From the IMG/VR virus record IMGVR_UViG_3300006143_000348: a stretch of DNA of 28,214 nucleotides. One strand, written 5' to 3'. Below, piece by piece: positions 17,947-25,911 of this stretch. The position numbers and the translations under genes were made by a program. Below the pieces are notes generated by a model. That model was not told the DNA's origin, searched no databases, and was given only the letters and a program-made list of their open reading frames with translations. Numbering within the stretch: the stretch's first letter is position 1; each line of letters starts with the position of its first letter. This stretch comes from a virus. Taxonomy: Duplodnaviria > Heunggongvirae > Uroviricota > Caudoviricetes.

Positions 17947-18972
17947 TTACTTAGAAATTAATTTAAAATAGTTAAATGAGCCGTTTAATGCTAAAAACAC
18001 ACTGCTGTCTTCTACGAAATAGCAATCAGAGAGTTCAACGGAGCCCTTCTTTATAGCTACCAATGAGGGGAAGTCGACATTGTTTTGCTTACAGAAAGCT
18101 GGAATTACATCACTGATTTGCATCCGTACAGTTTTATCAAATTTGCTATATTGATTGTTTGGGTCAAACATTGTATAATTTTCTAGTAATTCTATTTCAA
18201 CGAAGAGTGTTTTAATAATTAAATTCCAGTAATCCTCTAGTAGAAAATGAATTAAATCATCCAAGCTTATGCTGTTATTGCAACAGTGTTCTAAAACTAG
18301 AGGATAGGATAATGATAGATAGCTTGTTTTATTCAATTCTGTAATATTACTTCCATAATATTTTTGGATAATTTTATTATCATTATACTTGAGGTTTAAA
18401 ATATAATCTTTTTTTTCTTTAGAAAACTTCTTCCTTTCGGATAAATTATTGCTTAACTTAAAGTATCTATAAAAGATGATATCTAACATAATAGATGATA
18501 GAATGTACTCTAAGTAATTTAAATGCGTTTCAATGTTGATATCAAAATCCTTCTGTGGGTCATATTTCCATTTGGTTTTTTCTCCGAGTTTATATTTATG
18601 AGATGTAATTGATAATGAAATTAAATGACTTATATCACTGCTGTTGTGTTTGTATGCGTCAATTATTTTGTTGTAAATATTATTGTATTTTATATCGTTA
18701 TGTTGCACCAAACATAATCGGATATTATGATATTCAGTAACTACTTTTTCATAATTAGAAACAGAAGTACATTGAATCTTAGAAGGACATTGAGTTTCGC
18801 CTATTTTTTCGCTTATCTGCTTGATAAAATGGTTAACACTATTTACTATTTCCTTCAAATCTGGGGATAACCTCATTATAGAGCGTATATTTTTTAAATC
18901 ATCAGTTTTTAGTTCATTGGGGTATAGAAAAAGCATTTTTCTTTGGTTTTTCTCTGTCATAAATACGTTCAC
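17947..18972 (-). CDS. Hypothetical protein, 341 aa, very AT-rich
   Basis: Long ORF with RBS GGTAGGTG, ending 14 bp upstream of the next gene. Confidence 0.8.
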   Translation of the reverse strand: MNVFMTEKNQRKMLFLYPNELKTDDLKNIRSIMRLSPDLKEIVNSVNHFIKQISEKIGETQCPSKIQCTSVSNYEKVVTEYHNIRLCLVQHNDIKYNNIYNKIIDAYKHNSSDISHLISLSITSHKYKLGEKTKWKYDPQKDFDINIETHLNYLEYILSSIMLDIIFYRYFKLSNNLSERKKFSKEKKDYILNLKYNDNKIIQKYYGSNITELNKTSYLSLSYPLVLEHCCNNSISLDDLIHFLLEDYWNLIIKTLFVEIELLENYTMFDPNNQYSKFDKTVRMQISDVIPAFCKQNNVDFPSLVAIKKGSVELSDCYFVEDSSVFLALNGSFNYFKLISK

Positions 18973-19410
18973 CTACCATATATTTTTTTACATTATATAA
19001 CAAAGAATAGCATTAGTCAACAATATAAAAATCCTTTTCCTAATCCTTAGTCATAAAGTTTATTAAAAAATTGAATATATTTTGACACATCATTTAATCA
19101 ATATGGTTAGTATATGCTTATTCAAATATCAGTATAAATATGTTAAAAATGTGACTATTTCAAGCGTGAAATAAACTGACGAAGCGGCAGCATTTGTTCT
19201 TTGTCTTGCGATAGTTATTTAGGGATGCAAGTGCAACATGCTCGTAGTGCTGGGATTTAGGATACTACCTGGTCTACAGTATCTTCTCTAAGGATACTAT
19301 AGAATTTCACGTTTCCGTTAACCAGAACGGACTTGAAATCAATAGTACATTCTACGAAAAGTAGGATTCTTCGTTACCGAATACGGTAACAAGAGTGGAA
19401 TGAAAGGTGG

Positions 19411-19446
19411 TTGAGCCATAGCATTTAAGCTATGGCTCAATTTTTG
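19411..19446. terminator. Strong hairpin terminator
   Basis: ttgagccatagc-atttaa-gctatggctcaa 12-bp perfect stem plus T run. Confidence 0.8.
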
Positions 19447-19450
19447 TTTC

Positions 19451-19480
19451 AAAATTCAGTCGACTTCCATTCGTTGATAT
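19451..19480. repeat. 30-bp direct repeat, copy A
   Basis: aaaattcagtcgacttccattcgttgatat; 27/30 identical to 21075-21104. Confidence 0.8.
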
Positions 19481-19570
19481 AGCGGGTGATTCGGGTATAG
19501 TTGCAGTAATTAATAGAGAGCATCAGCACTATGTGGTACTTATGCTCTTTGGGTCGCGTAGACAACATAT

Positions 19571-20155
19571 CTAACTTGCTTCTGTAGAAGTAACTTCATC
19601 AGGAACGGCTTCACTAGGAATAGGTTCTGCAGAGGTAGTTTCATCAGGAGCAGTGCCGCTAGGGTTATGCGTTAACCGTTCTTTGTATCTATGTCCATAG
19701 AGGGCTGTGTCATACCTTTGCAGATTATTTATTATTTCAACCATACTTTTTTCTTCCTTTATGTTGAATAGATATTTCGCAATAATTTTTGGTATTATAA
19801 TAAATGAAGTAGTGAGCGATACAAGTGGAGGAATAAAAGTCGCTATTAAATCCAAGACAGCTTGACTATCTAATGTCTTGTTGGTTTTAATTATATTCAA
19901 AACGCTATAAAAAGAATCGTTAAATATAAAAACCATTTTCAACCATATGTATATTGCAACTATAAAAAATGTAAATTTAAAAAGGACTTTCAAATATATG
20001 TTTATTCTTGTAGTATTTTCATATATTTTTAGTAAGTTCGTATATACCGCATTGTGCTTGGGAAGTTCGCAGTAAGCATCTTCCGGTTGCGTCAGAGCGT
20101 CATCTCTGATTGGGATTTCGCTAACACCACTCGTTCCAGCCAACGACCTAAGCAT
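19571..20155 (-). CDS. Two-TM membrane protein coupled to the ImmA/IrrE gene
   Basis: Two hydrophobic segments, IPKIIAKYLFNIKEEK motif, 8-bp overlap with the peptidase gene. Confidence 0.85.
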   Translation of the reverse strand: MLRSLAGTSGVSEIPIRDDALTQPEDAYCELPKHNAVYTNLLKIYENTTRINIYLKVLFKFTFFIVAIYIWLKMVFIFNDSFYSVLNIIKTNKTLDSQAVLDLIATFIPPLVSLTTSFIIIPKIIAKYLFNIKEEKSMVEIINNLQRYDTALYGHRYKERLTHNPSGTAPDETTSAEPIPSEAVPDEVTSTEAS

Positions 20156-20957
20156 AACAACCCACCTCGTACATTCTTTTCAAAACAGATTTTCTAGGAG
20201 CTTTAAATGTATCTGAAAGATAATCCAGAATGAATATAGGGTTGTTACTCTTAGCTCTTGCCTTATTATATTCTTTTAAGAAGGCATCCTTTGGCATAAG
20301 TAAGCTGGCTGCAAAGGCATTTGCACGCTTTTCTGCTTCTGCACTATGACTATTTTTCTTATATGTATTATAGTACACTTCAGACGTATGGTCATAATCA
20401 AACAGATAATGCGCCAATTCATGGGCAATAACAAATCTTTGTTGGTACGGATGTACTTTTCTGTTTGTAAAAATAATGTGGTCTGTCTTAAACTTTTTTA
20501 TGTACTTTTTATTGATACCAATACAACCGGATAAAAACCACAGCAAATCTTGCTGGAATGTATCAAATCCCATCGCTTTTGCGATAGACACTACTGGTGT
20601 AATACAAGAATTTCTATCATCAGTGGTGTCTGGCATGGCAGATAGGATTTCTGATGCCAGATATTCCATATCAGAAGCATAATAAATCTTATTGTTGTAT
20701 TGGCGTTCTTGCTTGATTTTATCAGTAATACTTTGTATGCTTTTTCTCATCTTCTTTTTCCCCTCAATTGTAATGCCCGTCATGCTACCACCATAACTCT
20801 CTTTGGTTAATTTAAAATGCTTATATATATGTAAATCATAAATCATCGCATTAAAACTCCCTGCATACTTGATAACACTATTATACAAGGCTTGTACAAA
20901 ATGATAAATACCCCAGTTAACGCAAGTCATGCCATGATTCATGTTTGCAGATGCCAA
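20148..20957 (-). CDS. ImmA/IrrE-family zinc metallo-endopeptidase
   Basis: QRFVIAHELAH (HExxH) and EKRANAFAASLLMP; true start may be 20783 or 20750. Confidence 0.9.
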   Translation of the reverse strand: MASANMNHGMTCVNWGIYHFVQALYNSVIKYAGSFNAMIYDLHIYKHFKLTKESYGGSMTGITIEGKKKMRKSIQSITDKIKQERQYNNKIYYASDMEYLASEILSAMPDTTDDRNSCITPVVSIAKAMGFDTFQQDLLWFLSGCIGINKKYIKKFKTDHIIFTNRKVHPYQQRFVIAHELAHYLFDYDHTSEVYYNTYKKNSHSAEAEKRANAFAASLLMPKDAFLKEYNKARAKSNNPIFILDYLSDTFKAPRKSVLKRMYEVGCYA

Positions 20958-21074
20958 GACTAGGCAGCAATCTTAAAAATATTACATTTGACACTAATAT
21001 AGTACTAAAAAAGTGTAAGTTTGTCAACATTAGACATATTTTCGTGGCTGTGTGAGTTTATGACATAATACTGG

Positions 21075-21104
21075 AAAACTCAGTCGACTTCGATTCGCTG
21101 ATAT
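21075..21104. repeat. 30-bp direct repeat, copy B
   Basis: aaaactcagtcgacttcgattcgctgatat. Confidence 0.8.
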
Positions 21105-21198
21105 TGTGAGCAATGTCTTTGGGAAAATGCGGTACACTCAGCTTAACAAAGACACTGGTGTTATGATTCGGTTTATTTTTAAGTGGTTATCTTCAGAC

Positions 21199-21330
21199 TC
21201 CACGTTTGTCTGCTTATTGTGAACTACCCACGAGCTAAAGCTCGATGGGCTTCCTGCTTCATCGACCTCGCAACCTACTATCTCCACAGGCGTTAATTCC
21301 GATAGTTCCTACCGTACTCAATATATCTAA
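21199..21330 (-). ncRNA. Predicted TnpB omegaRNA (scaffold plus flanking guide), 5' end approximate
   Basis: Established for this family: the RNA spans the tnpB 3' end through the right end; the predicted guide is aataagcagacaaacgtgga. Confidence 0.5.
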
Positions 21331-22536
21331 GCTACATCGAGTAGTCTTAACCCTTCATTAAGAATATTGATAGCGGCATTAATATCACGGTCATGTACAT
21401 TTCCACATTGAGGGCACGTCCATTCCCTGACAAATAAATTTTTCGTTTCCTCATTAACATACCCACAAATATTACACGTTTGGCTTGATTTAACAAATCG
21501 TCCAATTTTCACATACTGGCGATTATTCCAATCAGATTTATACTGTAATTGTCGTGTCAGTTCATGCCAGCCACAATCAGAAATTGCTTTTGCAAGAGTA
21601 TGATTCTTTACTATATTACTTACAGCCAAATCCTCAGTCACTATCGCTTGGTTTTCGCTTACTAGCTGACTGGATATTTTATGTAAGTAATCTTTTCTGG
21701 TGTTTGAAACCTTTTCGTGTATTTTCGCTACTTTAATTCTCTGTTTGTTCCAATTTTTACTACCTTTTACTTTATGAGATAATTTCTCTGTTCCTTTGCC
21801 AATTTATCTTCATATTTCTTAGTTAGTCTCTTGTTATCAAATTTCTGTCCATTGGAGGTAACAAGTAAATCCTTAATACCTAAATCAATACCAACTATAC
21901 AATCAGCGGGTTCCATTTGTATATGTCCTGTTTCCACAAGGATAGATACAAAATATTTTCCAGATGAAACCTGTGAGATAGTAGCAGATTTTATTTTACC
22001 GTCAAATTTTCTATGCAGTTTTGCTTTTACCAATTTAAGTTTTGGAAGTTTGATTTTGTTTGAATCAAACAATACAGCAATATTTCCGTTTGTAAAATTT
22101 GTTGTGTATGATTTATGACTGTCGTGCTTACTTTTAAATTTCGGATATCCCGCATGTTCCTTGAAAAACTTCTGATATGCAGAATCCATGTTGTAAACTG
22201 CATTTGTCAATGCAAACTTATCAACTTCCTTCAGCCATTCGTATTCTTTCTTTAATGTTTGATTGACATAGTTGTTACAAGCAACTTTATTCATGGATTC
22301 TTTCTGTTTCACATATTTTTCTTTCCTGTATGAAAGAGTATTGTTATATACAAATCTACAACACCCGAACGTCTTTTGTATTTGTTCCTCCTGTTGTCCG
22401 TTTGGATAAATACGGTATTTGTAGGCTTTTAGCATTTACTTGTCACCACCCTTCTGGCTATATATTCTATTTTTATTTTATAAATTACACCCTTAACCCA
22501 TCAGCTAAAGCTAATGGGATTGCGGGCTAAATACTT
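21219..22536 (-). mobile_element. IS200/IS605-family tnpB-only element (IS1341-like)
   Basis: Subterminal hairpins cccacgagctaaagctcgatggg (right end) and cccatcagctaaagctaatggg (left end); right end TCAC at 21219; left end approximate, after TTGAA. Confidence 0.85.
21327..22435 (-). pseudogene. tnpB: TnpB RNA-guided endonuclease split by a 1-nt deletion near 21783
   Basis: MLKAYKYRIYP, GIDLGI (RuvC-I), EDL (RuvC-II), CNICG/CPQCG zinc finger, DRDINAAINI (RuvC-III); one extra A restores EQRKLSHKVKGSKNW. Confidence 0.88.
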
Positions 22537-22632
22537 TTCAACATTCATAAAAGAAAGTAGAAGTTTGTCAAAATGCATGTTATAATAATTTCGTTGTCCA
22601 ACCAATACCCGGCAACGGGAGGAGGTGTTTGG

Positions 22633-22728
22633 ATGGAAATCGTTTCCTCTTTTTTAGTTACTGTCATGGGCGGTGTGGTTTGCCACCTCATCATCAAATG
22701 GCTTGACAGAAAACATACGGACAATTAA
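22633..22728 (+). CDS. Type I TA toxin peptide, 31 aa (MEIVSSFLVTVMGGVVCHLIIKWLDRKHTDN)
   Basis: SD AGGAGGTG, TGnTATAAT at 22581, cgttgtc...ggcaacg hairpin; paralogue of 8531-8629. Confidence 0.85.
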   Translation: MEIVSSFLVTVMGGVVCHLIIKWLDRKHTDN

Positions 22729-22761
22729 TAGCCTAGTGGGTGCTTTGCCACTCTAAAAGAA

Positions 22762-22843
22762 AAGAAGAATCCCCGAACTGTAATTGCAGTACAGTTTGGG
22801 GATTCGTTCTTCGTCCAGATGGACTCGTTTCCTCTTTTTGCCT
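22762..22843 (-). ncRNA. Predicted antisense antitoxin RNA (par/Fst-like), ends approximate
   Basis: Promoter TTGAAA-17-TGnTATAAT (22850-22878), terminator gaatccccgaactgta...tacagtttggggattc, and gatggactcgtttcctcttttt repeating the toxin start gatggaaatcgtttcctcttttt. Confidence 0.7.
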
Positions 22844-22999
22844 ACTGGCATTATAGCATATGCAGTTTTGGATTTCAAGATACTTTTTACCAGTAAAAAT
22901 AGCTAAAGAAAAGCCTCCAAACTCTAGTAACGTAGAATTTTGGGATTCGTTCTTTGCGATGTGTATTTTACGTTTGTAATATCGCATATAATATCCCAA

Positions 23000-23440
23000 A
23001 TCTTACTTTACCAATAAAAAACACTAATGTATAATTAAATCAACAAAAGCGGTAAAATAAATAGTAAAGGAGATGTATCTATGCAAAAGCACATTCATAA
23101 AATAACGCTGCTGCTCCTAACCCTATGCCTCGTCATAGCCGGAGCAATTTCCTCGCCCTCACGAGCATCCGCAGCGAAAATCAAGCTCAGTAAAAAGTCT
23201 GTTACCATCACAAAAGGCAAATCTGTCACTCTCAAGCTAAAAGGCACGAAGAAAAAACCCAAATGGTCTACAAGCAATAAGAAAGTCGCTACGGTCAGTA
23301 AGAAAGGCAAGGTCGTAGGGAAAAAGGCAGGTAATGCCAAGATTACTGCGAAAATAGGGAAGAAGAAGTATGTTTGCAAGGTTAAGGTGACGAAGCCGAA
23401 GCCGGTTCCACGGCCAGTGCCGGAACCGACGCCGCAGCCA
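23000..23440. repeat. ~430-bp direct repeat (promoter + 5' of Ig-LRR), partner ~25833-26270
   Basis: Near-identical DNA; the proteins match through about residue 118 with only a few substitutions. Confidence 0.95.
23007..23035 (+). promoter_or_regulatory. SigA promoter for Ig-LRR gene A
   Basis: TTTACC-17-TGTATAAT; the same architecture occurs at 25838-25866. Confidence 0.6.
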
Positions 23441-23941
23441 GACCCGAGTGCTCCGGTTGTTTTGAATGAAACGAATTGCGAGTATGTCGTGGAAAAGGAT
23501 GGGACTGTTACAGTTAAAGATTTCCCGCAGGATAAAGAATGGACATCTATTATTATTCCGGCTACGTTAGGGGGACGTCCAGTAAAAGTTGTAGACGACA
23601 TTATACATCATAAGAAATTAGTCGAAGTTGTAATATCTGAAGGGATAACGGAAATAACCGATGAGGCATTTCTCATGTGTCCAAATTTAATTAAAATAAC
23701 AATTCCTAGTAGTGTGATAAAGATAATGGGTAAAAAACCAGGATATTATACATCACAATATGATGAAAATGGCAATTATATACTTGACGAGTATGGCAGA
23801 CCGATTCCTTTACCCGCCCCCGTGCCTTATGGCAGTATATTTGTTCCTTCAGACCACCCCAATTTAACTATTTATGGTAAGCCGGGTTCATTTGCCGAAG
23901 AATTTGCAAATAAACAAGGAATATCTTTTAAACCATTATAA
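23081..23941 (+). CDS. Secreted Ig-like (Big_2) + Pro linker + short BspA-type LRR protein A
   Basis: Sec signal ending ASA|AK, Lys-rich Ig domain, PKPVPRPVPEP linker, ISEGITEITDEAFLMCPNLIKITIPSSV LRR_5 unit, LTIYGKPGSFAEEFA cap. Confidence 0.9.
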   Translation: MQKHIHKITLLLLTLCLVIAGAISSPSRASAAKIKLSKKSVTITKGKSVTLKLKGTKKKPKWSTSNKKVATVSKKGKVVGKKAGNAKITAKIGKKKYVCKVKVTKPKPVPRPVPEPTPQPDPSAPVVLNETNCEYVVEKDGTVTVKDFPQDKEWTSIIIPATLGGRPVKVVDDIIHHKKLVEVVISEGITEITDEAFLMCPNLIKITIPSSVIKIMGKKPGYYTSQYDENGNYILDEYGRPIPLPAPVPYGSIFVPSDHPNLTIYGKPGSFAEEFANKQGISFKPL

Positions 23942-23950
23942 AAATTATTA

Positions 23951-23992
23951 GATGGGCTACGCTTCAATGATGTAAGCATAGCCTATCTTTTT
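23951..23992. terminator. Bidirectional terminator between LRR-A and tail tip B
   Basis: gatgggcta-cgctt...aagca-tagcctatc plus T run. Confidence 0.7.
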
Positions 23993-23994
23993 AA

Positions 23995-25809
23995 TTATCG
24001 CCCTACAGGAATAGAAACAGGTTCAGGTGTAGTAGCTTCTGGGACAACCGTTTTTTCTTTTATCTTTTCAACAAACTCATTCTTTTCTTCAAGAGAAATA
24101 TCCTCCCATGAATTATGACTTGCGTGACGTGATTTCGGTGTTGAAGGTTCGGAACCATTTAAGCTGTTGATTTTATTTGATAATTCCTGAATTGCTTTAA
24201 TCAAGTAAGGAATAAATTTATCTGTCTTAATTGAAAGTTTCCCGTTTGATTCATCCTCATGCACTAAATCAGGAAGGACATTTTGTAACTGCTGAGCAAT
24301 CATAGCGATATCCTCATGATTATCATTTTCAATCCAGTCAAATTGTTTTAATTCAATCTGGTTTAAAGTATCCAATGCATTTACTTCTGTAGTTTCGATG
24401 TTTGTTTTGAGTCGGGCATCGGACGGGTTTAAGATATTGAATCCATGCATGTCTATATTCTGATAAAGATGAAGAACTTTTCGTATCTCAGCCTTAGTAG
24501 GTGTAAAAATACATACAGGATTACTATTTTTATCCATAAATGCGAAGTTATTACCATCAGCAATCGTAACAGTTGTTCCGCTTTCGTTTGCTCTAGCCTC
24601 CACACCGTTACTAAAATGCACTGGGTAATTGTCGCAATACAAATCATCCCCTAAGTGTAACCCTTCGTTTTTACCAGGAACAACCCCATCGCGGTAATAC
24701 GCAAGTTTGATATTATTTTCTCCAGCTTCATCAATCGCCGCCCAACACATGTAAGAGCCATCTTCCTGCAAAGTAAAGTGCAGCCCCTTCTCGTCAGGGT
24801 AGCTTTTTAACCCCGTCGAAACCATGCGCCCGATAGGAACCTGGTCGCTAAAGAAGTCCAATCCTTCCTCAGTCAAAACAACGTCATCTTCCCAGATATG
24901 AACATATCCGTTTTCATCGGTGAAGAATTTAGGCACGCCATCATGGCTTATCATTATAACCTCTTTCGGGTTATTGGGGTTTATCGCGACCGTAGTTATC
25001 CCGTTGGTGATTTTCAGACCGTCTTCGTCGAACTGCATCGTGTTCGCATTATTATAGATTCCCATATTCTGGCTGAGAATCATCTTCCCTACCACAACCT
25101 CGCCGTTTATACCAGGCACTTCTTTCATGGTGTTAGTCTTCGGGTCAAGGTAGATAATCCTGCCTATCGCGGCTTTCGAAGTCTTCCAGTTATCGTCGGT
25201 CATTGCAAGAGTGGAGTTAATAATCTTTAACTGCTCGTCAGCATACGAATCCGTGACGGCATCATACTTCCTAAACAGCATCCCGTGCGAATCCCAGGTC
25301 TGCGTCTGGTTATCAACCCCTCCGATAATCTTCGTATTCGTCGCGTCAAGCCCTTTCTCGACCCAGGTGTTCAGGAGAGCCTTGCTTTCCTCGCCCTTTT
25401 CCGCCTGTTTTACGACAGTGCTGTAGTTTGAGGCCATAGCCCTGGCTTTGACAAGCGTCCGGTGTATGTTGCTTCCGCTGTCGGTGGATTTCATCGCATT
25501 CGAGAACTCGATTTGGATGTTGTCCAGCTCGTTGAAATGGATAGTGTAGGAGCGGAGCCGCACACGGTAGAGTATCCCATCAACCCTGACGCGAATCCAG
25601 TTCCCGACAGAGAACTTGTCAACAATCGGGGCGAACTCCGGCATCACCAGCAGGTTCCTGAGCGTCGCAGAGATATTAGGGGAGGGCATACATGCCTTGC
25701 GGATTCTGCCCTGCACGACCTCAAGGTATTTCTGTGCGTTCTTGAAAAGCTCGGCGTTATTAAGTCCGGTGGAGACGTAGCTCTCACCTGAAGTGTAATT
25801 GTAGCAATT
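23995..25809 (-). pseudogene. 5'-truncated (silent?) tail-spike cassette with S74-type intramolecular chaperone, tip B
   Basis: Open frame from a stop at 25810-25812 with no good RBS/start; GLNNAELF...FSVGNWIRVRVDG tail motifs; SDARLKTNI...IAQQLQNVLPDLV...LIKAIQEL chaperone. Confidence 0.75.
25243..25311. repeat. 69-bp perfect direct repeat shared with 28146-28214 (cut by the window edge)
   Basis: atacgaatccgtgacggc...gtctgcgtctggtt is identical in both; the adjacent ~250 bp are diverged but alignable. Confidence 0.95.
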
Positions 25810-25837
25810 CTACCTCTTATGTCGCATATGATATTAC

Positions 25838-25866
25838 TTTACTAACAGAAAATACCAATGTATAAT
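25838..25866 (+). promoter_or_regulatory. SigA promoter for Ig-LRR gene B
   Basis: TTTACT-17-TGTATAAT. Confidence 0.6.
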
Positions 25867-25911
25867 TAAATCAACAAAAGCGATGAAATAAATAGTAAAG
25901 GAGATGTATCT

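Noticed and set aside
22733-22999. 88-aa minus-strand ORF
   Set aside because: Runs through antitoxin promoter and terminator hairpins; no RBS or protein-like features.
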